Numbered from the stretch's first letter, positions 1 through 11,622 are shown. The stretch: 64,000 nt of DNA from Vicugna vicugna (GCA_013265495.1 MU058444.1:868001-932000); one strand, 5' to 3'. Program-made: numbers and translations. Notes: generated from the sequence alone by a model not told the origin.

Positions 1-1761
1 AGACAGGTTTATGTGTGCTTTCCCATATCTGGACTTAGTTCCTTACCACTATTCTTTCTGTCCTTTGCCATTTTCCTTCCACAATCTTTCTCTGAGTGCC
101 TATAGATTTAGAGAGGTCCCCAATATCTTAAAACTAAATTTCCTGTGACCCTGTTCCTGCCTCTTCCTACCTTCACATCCATGGTTATCTTATTTTTTTC
201 CTTCCCTCCACTGATAACTTTTAGCGGCTTGAAACTCCGCCTGTTTCTTATTTCTTTGCCTTTGACGTCCACATCCAATCTGATTCCCAAATCATACTGA
301 TTTTCAGTCTCATTGGCTGTTGAACTGGTCTCCTTTCCTTTTTCACTGCCTCACCCTTGTCAAACTTTTCACACCCCAGCTCTTTCGAGAATTTATCCAA
401 ATGAAATCGTCTGTTAGATTAGGCATTATTTCACCATCAGTAGAGACAGGTCTGTGTTTTTCAATGTAGCCATCAGGGCTCTTCACAATCTGAGCTTCAG
501 TATAATGATAGTGGCCACTTACTGTGGTCTTAGCACTCGACATGCCATGATACGGGTTTTACAGATACTATTTCCAGTTCGTAATTCTCACAACAGTCCT
601 AGGCAGTAAATAACATTGCTCTCACCCTATAGGGGAGGAAACCTCTCTAAACTTTATTCCTAAACTTACCTTCCAACACATCCCGCCATGCCCATGGCCA
701 CATGTGACAACGGATGTGTATGGTCCCAGAATTCCCTTTTACCTTCTCACGTCTAGCCTTGAACTCTGTTCTTTCAGCGTCTAGTTATACATCAACTTCC
801 CTCTCCTGCCGAGCCTGTTCCATCCATCAGGACCCAATTCAAATTCCAGCCGCTCTGTGAAGTTCAGGACTCCCCAGTGATCTCAGCAGTTCGTCAGTTC
901 TTCCTCTTACCTGGTTCAGCACGGAGGGCCTTTCCACTGAAAATTCCTGGCTTGTACTATTATCTTCCCTTTCCTGGGCCCGCTTCCTCTCTCCTCACCT
1001 AACTTGTAGGCTCCTTAAGGTATCAGGTCAATTTTATATATTCTCTCATCGCGTGAAGGATGGAAAGCCCTGAGCATTAACGCCTTTAATGGATTCTTCC
1101 TCTTACTCATATTTTCCTCTCTTTTATTTGCTTTGAATAATTAACATTTTAGTAGATATCCTTCCTGGCGATTTCACTTGATTTATGCATGAATGCATAT
1201 CTTAGTAAAATTCAACTTCCCACGGGCCCATTTTAATTTGTTTAGTTTACATATTCTGGCTTAAAAAATACGATAAGTGTGTATTTACAGAAGCTGTTTC
1301 AGAATGCTCATAAATATTGCTCTTTTAATCCAGCATTATTTCTGAACACCAGAAAGTGAGGATCCACACAGAGAACACAAATTGAATCAGCCAGAGGACT
1401 GCAGGCCAAAAATGAAGACCAGAGCTGCAAAAACGTTAAAAGTTGAGACATGGAACTTAGTAAAAACAAGAAGAAAAGTGAAGTGTGTAAAACCAGAAAA
1501 GTCTCCACATGCTGCTGAAAAAAGGAAACTACAGATCACAGACACCACGGTCTGGAAGTTTAGCTATGCGCTGCGCCGGGAATTACTTCTACTTCCTACC
1601 TTTGACCTTTGCTCTGTTTCAGTGTGAAGCATATGTAAATTTCATTCTCCAAAGGCTACTCATCAGGCAGGGGCTAACTCAAATCTCAAAGGTTAACATT
1701 TGCCCCAAGTGTTTTATTCTGGGCCAAATAGCTATAAAAGTCACTTAAAAAATCAGTTCCA

Positions 1762-1845
1762 GGGATAAGGGTATATAGCTCAAGTGGTACAGCGCATGCT
1801 CAACACCCAGGAGGTCCCGGGTTCAATTTCCAGGGACCTCCTCCA
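1762..1845 (+). mobile_element. tRNA-Ala-derived SINE (vic-1-like), head only
   Basis: TATAGCTCAAGTGGTACAGCGCATGCT...GAGGTCCCGGGTTCAATT with Pol III A- and B-box-like motifs; matches the other copies in the window. Confidence 0.8.
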
Positions 1846-2179
1846 AGCAGAACTCATTGAGAAAATCTTGTCACCCGCCTCCTCACAAAACAATGCAAGC
1901 AAAAGTCAATTCCAGCTTTGGGTAATAGAGACATCAAGCCAGAAGTTTAACATATGCTTCTTCCTTCTTCCCCGTACGTGTTTCCTTCTTCCCCGTACGA
2001 GGTTGCATTTTTAACGTTTGCTGCAAATGGCTGTATCTTGGAAGACCCCGTGATTATACAATTACTAGAAACAGTTAAAACAGAGTTACTGCGATGCAGA
2101 CAAGAAAATGTAAAATGAGTTTTATTAATTGCTGCAGTTACTTTGTATTAAAACCAATTCCATACCATTGCTCCATTGC

Positions 2180-3470
2180 ACCCCGCCTGGAGTGACCTGC
2201 TTTTCGCGCCGGCACTCCTATTTCAAATAGCGCCTTTTCACCGCAAGCCACTAGCCAGGGCAATCGAAAGTCGGTCCCACATCTTTGATGATGTTTAAAA
2301 TTCTTTCTTATAAACAGGTAAATTCACAAGCACTTTCTTCCCGCCCTTCCGCCTCCCGCTGTCTTCCAATCCTGGACACACTCGGACGGGGGGCTAAGAA
2401 GCCGCACTGCCGGCAGCGAGGGGAATTACCGCCCGGGAGCCGAGTCCGCCCCCTCCCTGGGGGTGGCCCCACCCTGGCTCTCACCCCGCCGCCCCCCGCC
2501 TCCCCCGAGCACATTCCAGAGCTGCGGATGCGCGGGGGTGGGAGCCGGACGCCGCTCCTCCGAGCTCACCCCCGGCCCAGGTGAGCGCGGCCGTCCTCCG
2601 GGCTCTGCTCGCCCGGCCGGGATGTCGGGGCTTGCAACTGCCGGGGCGCCCCGAGGGCGGACAGGAAAGAAAGGCTTTCTCCTTGGCTGGTGGAGGGTTG
2701 GGTGTCTGAGTTCAGACAGGTTCCGGGGCGCTGGCTGGCTGCGCGGGCTTTGGAGCGACACGACTCCGGACCTGTTGCGGCCGGTCCCCACCCCGCCCTC
2801 GCTGGGCTCGGCACCTGGGCCCGGGAGGAGGCGCGGCCCGGGCGGGACCGAGCTGCCCTCCGCCGCCCGCCGCGCGCAGGTGACTCCCCACCTCCCTCGC
2901 CCTCCGCTTCCTGGGCGGCGAACCGTCGGCGCGGGCGCGGCTGCGCGCGGCTCGGGGCGCTCCCCGCGGTAAGTGGGGGGCCCGGCTCCCCTCCCCTCCG
3001 GGCAGGCGGGGGGCGCGGGCCGCGACCCCCCGGGGGCGGCGGGGAGGGGGCGGCGCGGACCTCCCGCGGGCGCACGCGGGGATCGGACTGGCGCATGGCA
3101 GGGTTCGGTTCCTCTTTCTCATCTGCTTCTCTTCCCTCAGCGGGTAGTTGAGAGTGAGCTGGAAAGTTTGGAAAGTTCCGTCTCGGGCGGGCTGGGTTCG
3201 CGTCCCCGAGGGACCGGCGCCGCCCGCGGTGGACGTTTGATCAGCTTCCTTTCTGCTTGCGGGTCGGCGGTGGGGAGGGTCTGGGGGGGCTTCCCGGGAG
3301 GAAGTGCGGCTGGACGGGGAGGGGAGCGCGGGGAAAAGGCGGGAGCCGCGGGTGCACCCGGCGTTTAGATCCTTCAGATCCCGCGTGGGGGAGGGAACTC
3401 CAAAAGGAAAATCAACGCCGACCTGAACGCACTCTCCTGTTGGTATCCGATCCCGCATCTGCCCCCAGAT
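2180..3470. promoter_or_regulatory. FAM83B: CpG island / FAM83B promoter
   Basis: Very GC- and CpG-rich stretch in an AT-rich background, with GC boxes (CCGCCC near 2341, 2446, 2793). It is the only strong CpG island upstream of the first coding exon. Edges are approximate. Confidence 0.9.
2480..2580 (+). other. FAM83B: Candidate non-coding exon 1 of FAM83B (5' end uncertain)
   Basis: Strong donor CAG|GTGAGC at 2580/2581 inside the CpG island, downstream of GC boxes. Exon 2 starts with an acceptor 60 nt before the ATG, so an upstream non-coding exon is required. An alternative donor exists at 2968/2969. The TSS cannot be determined from sequence. Confidence 0.5.
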
Positions 3471-3859
3471 TAGTGCTTTTCCAGCTTCAATCCCCCTGTG
3501 CCTGAGTCTGTGACCTTGGTGAGGTCGCCAAGTCACTCTGGTTCCTGTCAGACTTATAGAACCACTGCTCCGGATTGCGGAGGCTTTGAAAGGAGAGGAG
3601 ATGGCTCCTGGGAAGTCACATGGAGACCTTAGCCCATGCTCTGTCGTGTTGGGAGAACTGTTACCTGCCTGAGTGGGAAAGCAGACACTGCCTGTGTCAA
3701 TTGTTGGAATCACGGGTGTAAAGAGACAGTGATGCTTTATAGGGAGGAGGCTGGAGGTGGTGGTGGGACCGCGGGACCGCGTGTTGGCTGTGCACGGAAG
3801 CATGAGCTTTTAAATCACAAATGTTAGCCACTATCTATAAAAATGAGCCAAAAAGAAGT

Positions 3860-4027
3860 TTCTATGTTCAAGGAACTGTGTTCAGTATCTTGTAATAACC
3901 TTTAATGAAATAGAACGTGAAAACGAATATATGTATGTCTATGCATGACTGGGACATTGTGTTGTACACCGGAGATTGACACATTGTCACTGACGGTGCT
4001 TCAGTTAAAACAAAATAAATAAATAAA
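3860..4027 (+). mobile_element. L1 3'-end fragment with A-rich tail
   Basis: Similar to the 3'-UTR ends of the L1 copies at 44733 and 56921 (cttgtaataacc...gaatatatgtatg...tgtacacc.gagattgacac); ends in (AAAT)n. Confidence 0.8.
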
Positions 4028-4157
4028 GTACATTACAGCATCTCAGGCCCAGTGGAGATAAGAGCACAGGAGGCCAGAACTTTAAGAAAGAGCCGCGCTG
4101 GTGGTGAGCAGTCAAGGCGAGACGTTGGTGTCCAACAGGCTTCTTTCCAGAACCCCC

Positions 4158-4286
4158 CTTTTGTTAGGCAGTCTTTTTTGGAGGTAATTAGGTTTATTCA
4201 TTTTTAGAGGCGGAACTGGGGATTGAACCCAGGACCTCACTGCATGCTAAGCATGCGCTCTACCACTTGAGCTACACCCTCCCCCA
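4158..4286 (-). mobile_element. tRNA-Ala-derived SINE (vic-1-like)
   Basis: Reverse complement of the tRNA-Ala head plus CCTAATTACCTC tail. Probable TSD TCCAGAA(C/T)CCCC at 4146-4157 and 4289-4300. Confidence 0.9.
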
Positions 4287-7084
4287 TCTCCAGAATCCCC
4301 AGTGATAGACATTCTGCCAGGTTCCTGGCAGGCACCTCCCCTCTTTACCTTTCTCACCCCTTGACACATGCGAGGGCCCTGGGGAAATCCATGATGGAGG
4401 CTGAGTCAGTGCTGACAAGAATTAGGAAAGGGAACTGCGATGAATGGGACTTAGAAGAGAAAACTGGTCTTTCTTGGTTTTTCCAAAATAACCAAAGAGT
4501 GAGATGGTTGGGGGTGGGGAGGGTCTTCGTACTGCTTGATTTCTCCCTTTCTTCTTACACTTTCTTGGAATGATAGAGGCTCCCACACCTTCCAGTTTTA
4601 AATTCCACCCCTTGCTTCTGGGCTGACAGTACACGTGGTGTCCACACCCGGGAAAGGTGCTGGCTGTACCGGCAGAGTCTGCCCTCGAGGGTGGGTGGAT
4701 CCTGGCACATTCTAGGTCCCAGATGCTTCTGAGTTGATTGTGGGAAGCACCACCAGTTGAACAACTGCTGAAAGGGATCACGGAGGGTGATGGAGGCAAA
4801 CCACACCTCTGATGCTGACTCCGTGATGTCTTCCCTGATTACTCTCTGCAGCGCATTACTTTAACTGTAACTGATGGAACTCTTTGGGACGGGGTAATTC
4901 ATTAATTATTCTTTCCCCTTAGAGTCTGTGGTGGAGGTTTTCTTGATTGTGACTTACCCAGGCTCCCTGTGTCACGTTCAATTCCATTGTACAGCTGTGA
5001 GTTTCCAAGACATAATGAACATCCTTCAGGTTTGGAGAATCATGTGTTGAAAATGTGATCCCAGTAAATCAGGCCTCTTCTAGAATGTAAATCTGGTTGG
5101 AGGAGCCCTTTGGAAAAGGCTCCACTTAGCTGCACTTAACTAATTATTTGTAAGATTACGAGTTGTCCCTGCTCAGCTAGTTAGGTAAGTTTGCATGTCT
5201 CTCCCCCTGGAACTTGCCGAATAGGGGCGTTGCAGGGATGTTTCACAACTTCGCCGAGTCTGTTAAACACAACGTGTAAACTGTACTTTTGTTCGCTGAA
5301 TGGTTTCTGATTTGGAAGTGGAATGCATTTTAGCATTTTGTGGGTGAATTTGTCATTTGAAAATCAGAATACGTTCCCCCACTCCATGCCCACCTTGGGA
5401 ACAGAATTCTCAGTGATACCTTTTAAGGATCCCATGGGTTAAATTTGATACAAGGAGGGTCCAAGCTCCATCAATCATTAAATCCACCAACATTTCACTG
5501 AGAGAATGTGAGGGAGCCTTCAGGCGGCCCTTCCTTCCCCTGGGGTGAGCCGGTGGCCTTTGGCACTGTTTCGAGGTACCCATCCCAGCCCACAAGAGTA
5601 GAGTAGGGCTCCCATGGGGACTGGCACAGCCAGTGGTGGGAGACTGGGTGCTGTGGGCTCCTGACATGGGAGATGGGGGAAAGCTCCAGTTGAAGGGGTG
5701 TATGTGGAGGTGAACTTGAGCTAGAGCAAGTTTGCTCCAGGGAAGGAAGGTTTATTAAGGAGTCAGGAGGTTTGCATTGACAGGAGGTAGGCGCAGAGGA
5801 TCAGGGAGGCCAAAGATGTTTTCAGCAGCTATGATGTGAGGAAGATGGGCAGGTTGGGAGAAATGATGGAATAAGGAATATTCAACCCACTGGGCGCATG
5901 TCTGGTAGGAAGTACTTCAACACATGATCATGACTGATGTGAGGAACCTTTTCTTCTGGGCACATCTAATGACTACCCAGTGTGTGTTTCGTCTTATTTT
6001 CACGCTGTCCTTAGGAGTGAGGCCAGATGTCCCCTAGAGGCTCATGCCGTTTATCTTTTGAGCTATGTGTCAGACAGTTTGTAGATTGCACCCATCCTTG
6101 GGGAAGGTCAGGTCGTACTGGCGTAGGGTCCAGTGTAACCCCCATGTTACTGGCCTATTTGAAGGAGTTTCTACAAAAGCTGTGTAGTCATGATGTTTAA
6201 AGGTGCTAACTTTGTCTGGTGCCCTCGCCACTCATTAAACGTACTCGTGTTGACTGTTACACACCCAGCAATGCGTTCTACTCTGGGAATATGAGGGTAG
6301 CAAGGTTTTGTTCTCGGATCTCCGGATGCTCACAGTCAGGGACCTGATAATAATTATAAACACAAACAGATATTAATGGCTCCAATCCCTTTACTTAGTA
6401 TTTCCTTCCTGCTCTCTGAAGGTCCCAGCAGGGATTGTATATGTTCATTAAGCACTTTGTGAAATCGCACCCTAGCGGACCTGAGTCATGGGCGATTTCG
6501 GACAAAGTATTTCAATTCTCTTGGCTTCTCAGGTCTTCCACTGGCGCTGGGAAGGGTCTGGGGCATGATCACCCCAGTACACCTCGTTCTGCTCTCAAGT
6601 TCTGTGTGATCGCTTCTCATTGACGGTAACTCAGGTGTCCCTCAGGTATCACAGGAATCTCGTTATTTCCGCTTCCATTGTCAGATTTTCATTTCAAAGG
6701 CTTTTAGTTCTCTGTTTATTAGCAGGTGGCTTCTCCGATTGTATAAGCATGACTCACTTGGGGAAGAAAAAGCAGTTTTCAAAGCACTAGAAAGAGGCTT
6801 CTTCCACCTCCTTGGCTGTAACAGAGTCAGTCGCCGTGGGACGTCTGTCTGGGCTGTCATTTACACACACGCACAAGCAGTGACGGCTTTACTTCTAGAC
6901 AGCACGTTGCTCCAAATATACCCACTCCCATCTGACTCATGCAACAGCTGTTTCCTGATGTTTTTTGAAAAATGTATTTTTTTTCAAATAAAGGTAACTT
7001 CTGAATTATTTCTTGGAAAAAAATGAAATAAAGCTAAGGTGTTTTCAGCGTAAGGAACTGTTGACAGTGTTCCCTGATAATTTC

Positions 7085-7420
7085 GGGTCTTTTTTTTTTT
7101 TTTTTGCCGTCTCTACCCTTCCTTTGCTTTCTAATCTCTTACGGTCCCTTGAACCTTTTTGTCGAATCTTAGCATTTCTGGCTTCTTTTTGTCCCTTCTT
7201 GTTCCTTCTCCTCCCTTTCTTTCTTTTCCTCAGTTTTCTCTTCAGGTCTTTACTCCTCCTTCTCATCCTTTCTTTTCTCTTCCTACCTCACCTTTCTTTT
7301 CTCTGCCCTTCCCTCCCATTCCCTGCTTCTGTTTGCTTGTCTGTTTCTCCATCTTTTCACTTACTTATCTGTTTATCTTTCTTCATTTCTATCTGTCATC
7401 TCACCCTCTCAGTCTGGGTC
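7085..7420. repeat. Pyrimidine-rich low-complexity tract
   Basis: Long T/C-rich run; explains the spurious Phe/Leu/Ser and Lys/Arg ORFs here. Confidence 0.8.
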
Positions 7421-7942
7421 TCTATCTTGGTACAGTATAAATTTCTAAAAATCTGTAAAATCCAATTATATAAAAAATTAAACATATTACAAGAGGAATT
7501 TCATTCTCTAGTAGCCAAAATGTATTATCAGTAAAATGACCGGCTACCCTTTAATGCTACATACAAAATTTAACAATACGTTTCTAGCATTTTGTGCATT
7601 TGAAAAAATGCGTTCTTTGCCTTCCCAGTGGGACACGGGCACAATGGTCATGTGATTAAAACTAAAGGTTTGCCTTCTTTGGCATATCCTATAATTTTCA
7701 TCTTTTCTTTGGTTATATTCCATTTATTAGATAAGCATTTTATCACTACCGTGGAGACTTTCATGTATCTATTTTTCCAAAAACTTGTAAGTTCAAGTTG
7801 GAATAAAATATTCAAATAAAATCACAAATAAGCCAGTAAAAAGAGGGAAATGATGTCACCGAGACTATGTATTGACATGCTGACAGACTTCCTGGGCAGT
7901 GAGTTGACATATTTATTAATTGATGGAGTAAAGACTGGATTG

Positions 7943-8172
7943 AGGAGATGGTGAAGTAGAGAGACTCCCAGCTCGCCCTCTCCCACAAACACACCAAAAT
8001 TACATCTACAAAGCCACTGAGTTGCACAGAACAGCTACTGAACTCTGGCAGAGCGTCTCTTGTTTTGAAATACAGGAGGATTCTCACAAAATCCGATAAA
8101 CAACAAGTCTACACTGACTACAGTATAAATATAAACTGACTATACTTCAACAAAAATATATATACAAAAGAA
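7943..8172 (+). mobile_element. Bipartite mini-L1: ~150 nt of L1 5'-UTR fused to L1 3'-UTR end
   Basis: AGATGGTGAAGTAGAGAGACTC...CTCTCCCACAAACACACCAAAATTACATCTAC resembles an L1 5' terminus. From 8096, ATAAACAACAAG...TAAACTGACTATACTTCAA plus an A-rich tail matches the 3' ends of other L1 copies in this window. Confidence 0.7.
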
Positions 8173-10078
8173 TCAAAGGGATTGTTAAGTACCAGCCACA
8201 TCTATGGGGAGAAGCCAAGGCTAAGAGAGGAGCCCTGACTTTGAGATCATTTGGAAGTCTGAGCAGAAGAGGAGTGGGGAGAGCAAGGTTTCCACACCTG
8301 CACAGACGCACACGCACACACACACGTTATGCAGAGCAGAACATCACCAGTGAGGCTCGGGACCCCATGTGGCCACACCTTCCTCTTCTCCCTCCCTGTT
8401 ACACTGACCCAAAGGACAAAGAGAAACAAAACAGAGAGCTGCCAGGTGCATTTTCTGGTTCAGGTCTGGTCTAGGCGGCTGTGAGAAGAGCTTTATAAAT
8501 ATCAGCTTTGTCATTGGAGTCTCCCGGGTTAGAACCACGGTCAGAGGCATGAAAGCCGTTAGGAAGAGAGATCACAGGGGACCCAGATTCCTGACCACGT
8601 GTAATCCACAAAACCTGCCAGTCCGTTTCACAAAGCCAGCAGCATTTTACCCATTAAAAAAATGTCCTTCTTTCTCTCTGCCTTACTGACTCATTTCCAC
8701 GTGTGCGAGGCTATAGACAAGTGAAAGGAAGGAGCCAGTGGAGAAGCTTATTTAGAAAACAATAAAAGGTCTGAACTAGTGTGGATTTGCTTTCCAACCA
8801 GTTTTTGGGGAGGAGTTTCTGGGAAAAAAATAAAAGAGAAGCCCTTTCTTTCAACTGTAATATAGTGATCTTAGCAGACTTGATTAAATGACTTCTGAGG
8901 GAAAAGACTGATAAAAGACTGCTGGACATTGTGTTAGAGGTTCTGATTTTTTTTAATATGCCTTTTTACACAAATTAGAACTACTATTGTTCCAGGTGAG
9001 ATACATTATTAACATTTTACATTTTTGGCATTTTTAATTAAATAAATTTTTGTGTCTGATTTCACAATTTCCACATCATTACTATTTTTAAGCCCGTCCT
9101 TTTTAACAGTCTGAGATTGCTTTTTTGCCACTCGATATTTATAGCACCTTGACTTTTGAGAGCTGTTCCCCAACATACCTGTGCAAAATACATTTTTCTG
9201 AAGACATTTTATTTACAAACTTTCACTTTTCATAGACGAAGTACACTGTTTTCCTTAAATGTGTTTGGAGAGCCACTTTTATAGTTCACATTGGAACACA
9301 TAATTATGTTTTCTTACAGCCCCTGTCGCTCTGTAAATGTCAACATGTACCAAGATGGACCTTTTATTGTCTTAAATGGACCCGAAAGGTGGGACAGGAA
9401 GGCATATAACAAGGGTTCAATATTTCTCTCTAGGTGACCCGCGTCGCTTGTGGTGTTTCCATCTGAATACATCATCTGTGCTATGAATTCTCCTAATGTT
9501 CAAAAACTGAGGTTGAAGGACCCTCAGCCTCAATTCCTGCAGGATCAGGGAATTGAGGGTGAGTGTTGTGAAGTGGGGGGAGAGGCAAGGCAAACAAGTT
9601 GGGGGGATGGATGGTTGGAGAGACAGAAATTGATTCCTAGTTATTTCTCCTTTGTCTTTACATGGGGAGGGAAGAACGGAACATAGATCCTGACGTGGGT
9701 GGACTGTAAGACAACAGACCTTATCCAAGACAGCGGTGGTGCGGGCTAACCGAAAGCGCAGGGGCACTGATGCATTAGAATGCACCTGCTTGGTGGTCTT
9801 CCAGGAGCATCTCCTCCAGTGAGGGGGGTACAGGCAGTGGCAGGTAAACAGGTACCTTGGCTATTTTACATTATGATAAGTGCTATAAGTTATTCTAAAT
9901 AAAGAATTAAGGATGGCAGAGGGGATGGATTCTTCTTAAAATGGGCAGCCTGGAAGACTTCTCTGTGGTGGTGACATATGAGAAGATAGGAGTGAGAAGG
10001 AGGAGCATTTCAGGCGGGTGAAACAGCGAGTGCCAGAACAGGAGAATGACGTAGGTACACATTTCAAAACACGAATCT

Positions 10079-10093
10079 TTTTTTGAAACTAGC

Positions 10094-10134
<41 letters not shown>

Positions 10135-10411
10135 ATCCAAGCTCCGTCAGTGGCAGTGTGTCAATTTCTGGTGTACTGCACAATGTCCCAGTCATGCATA
10201 GACAAACGTAGTTTCATCTTCATGTTCTTTTCCATTAAAGGTTATTAACAAGATACTGAACATCGTTCCCTGTGCTACACAGAAGAAACTTGTAAAAAAT
10301 CTGTTTTTATATATAGCGGCTAACATTTGTAAATCTCAAACTCCCAAATTTATCCCTTTCCACCCCCTTTCCCCGGTGAGCATAAGATTGTTTACTATGT
10401 CTGTGAGTCTG
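10079..10411 (-). mobile_element. L1 3'-end fragment with (TTTA)n tail
   Basis: Reverse-complement L1 3'-UTR. Decayed TSD AACAC(GA/AC)ATCTT on both sides. Confidence 0.85.
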
Positions 10412-11497
10412 CAGAACACACATCTTGGGGAGAATCCCCGAGCGACACTTGATAACACCCCCAGTCTTCTGACAGTGTGCCCATTTGTAATTAGTGTTTC
10501 TGGTTTTTGACAGAGATCTATGGATTTATCATCTGTTTACTTTCACAGTGCTCGGCAGGTTTGTAATAATTCTTTTCAAAGTGCTTTACAAATAGATAAT
10601 ATTTTGTATTCTCAAAAACTAACCTCCATTAACATAAATGTGTGCTTCAACCTTAAAAAGTTCTGCGCGGGTATTAGCACTGTTTAAAAAGTGTATATTT
10701 CATACTTTAATCAGCTCTCATTGTGTTCCGGTAACTTATTAGGGCAGGATATGAATAGCCTATCACTTAACAGTTATGCACATCCTGAGCGTTAATGAAT
10801 GTGCTTGGCAGAGGCAGTCGGCTCCATCGCAGAACTCCCGGGCCAGGGGAGAAGGTGGGGAGTAAGCCCTTTAAGTGATGGATGAGATGTGATAACGTGC
10901 CCTGAAGTGCAGTGGGCAGTCCCTGCTCCAAGTCTGGTCCTGGCCCCTGAGAGTTGGGGCTGACCCTGTGTCTGCCGAACCAACTTACTAAGACCTCATC
11001 AACTACGTGTAGTTTTTGTTTTTTGTTTTTCTTTCCTTTCCGTTATGGTCCCAGTAACCATAAGGCTGTATTTTCTGGACATTTTGTCCTTGTTCATGTG
11101 TTGCTCTATAAGAATGATTAAGCTCTTTTATATGCAGGGCTTTGAATGACCTGTTACAGTCAACTTAATCCATGAATGAAAAAAGAGGAAGATATTAAAA
11201 AAAAAAACTGTTGGGGTACTTCGTTTATCAACTTCCTTTTTCCCCAATGCAATGCAAACCAGACATATTAATTGATAAACATTTGGCAAATACGGAAACA
11301 TGTAAAGTTTTTAAAAAATCACCTACAGAACCACCACTCCAAGACAACCACTCTCATTTCTATGTGTTTCCTTTTGGCTTCGGATGGATTTTCATTGATT
11401 ATAGCTTTGCTCTTATGTAGTTTGGTAGCCTGCTTGTTGTCTGTAGAACATCCTACCTAACAGAAGAATGTTTTTGCATGCTATTAAAACTGCTAGA

Positions 11498-11622
11498 AGG
11501 GAAGAGTGGTAGACTGCCTGCTTAGCACACACAAGGTCCTGGGTTCAGTCCTCCACAAATAAATAAATAAACCTAGTTACCTCCCCCCCAAAAATTAAAA
11601 AAAAAATTAAAAAGTAACTAAA
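11498..11622 (+). mobile_element. tRNA-Ala-derived SINE (vic-1-like), internally deleted
   Basis: AGTGGTAGA...CTTAGCAC...AAGGTCCTGGGTTCA, then (AAAT)n ACCTAGTTACCTCCCC and an A tail. TSD-like AACT(G/A)CTAGA flanks. Confidence 0.85.

Noticed and set aside
343..543. 66-aa minus-strand ORF that looks protein-like
   Set aside because: No recognisable homology, and the plus strand resembles decayed L2 sequence.
684..707. Possible p53/p63 response element (three CATG cores)
   Set aside because: Flanks and spacing do not fit RRRCWWGYYY pairs.
2285..3803. Many long overlapping ORFs (up to 363 aa)
   Set aside because: Pro/Gly/Arg/Ala-rich by-products of stop-codon scarcity in a CpG island.
7013..7534. 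Hydrophobic 173-aa ORF and basic 73-aa antisense ORF
   Set aside because: Translations of a T/C low-complexity tract.
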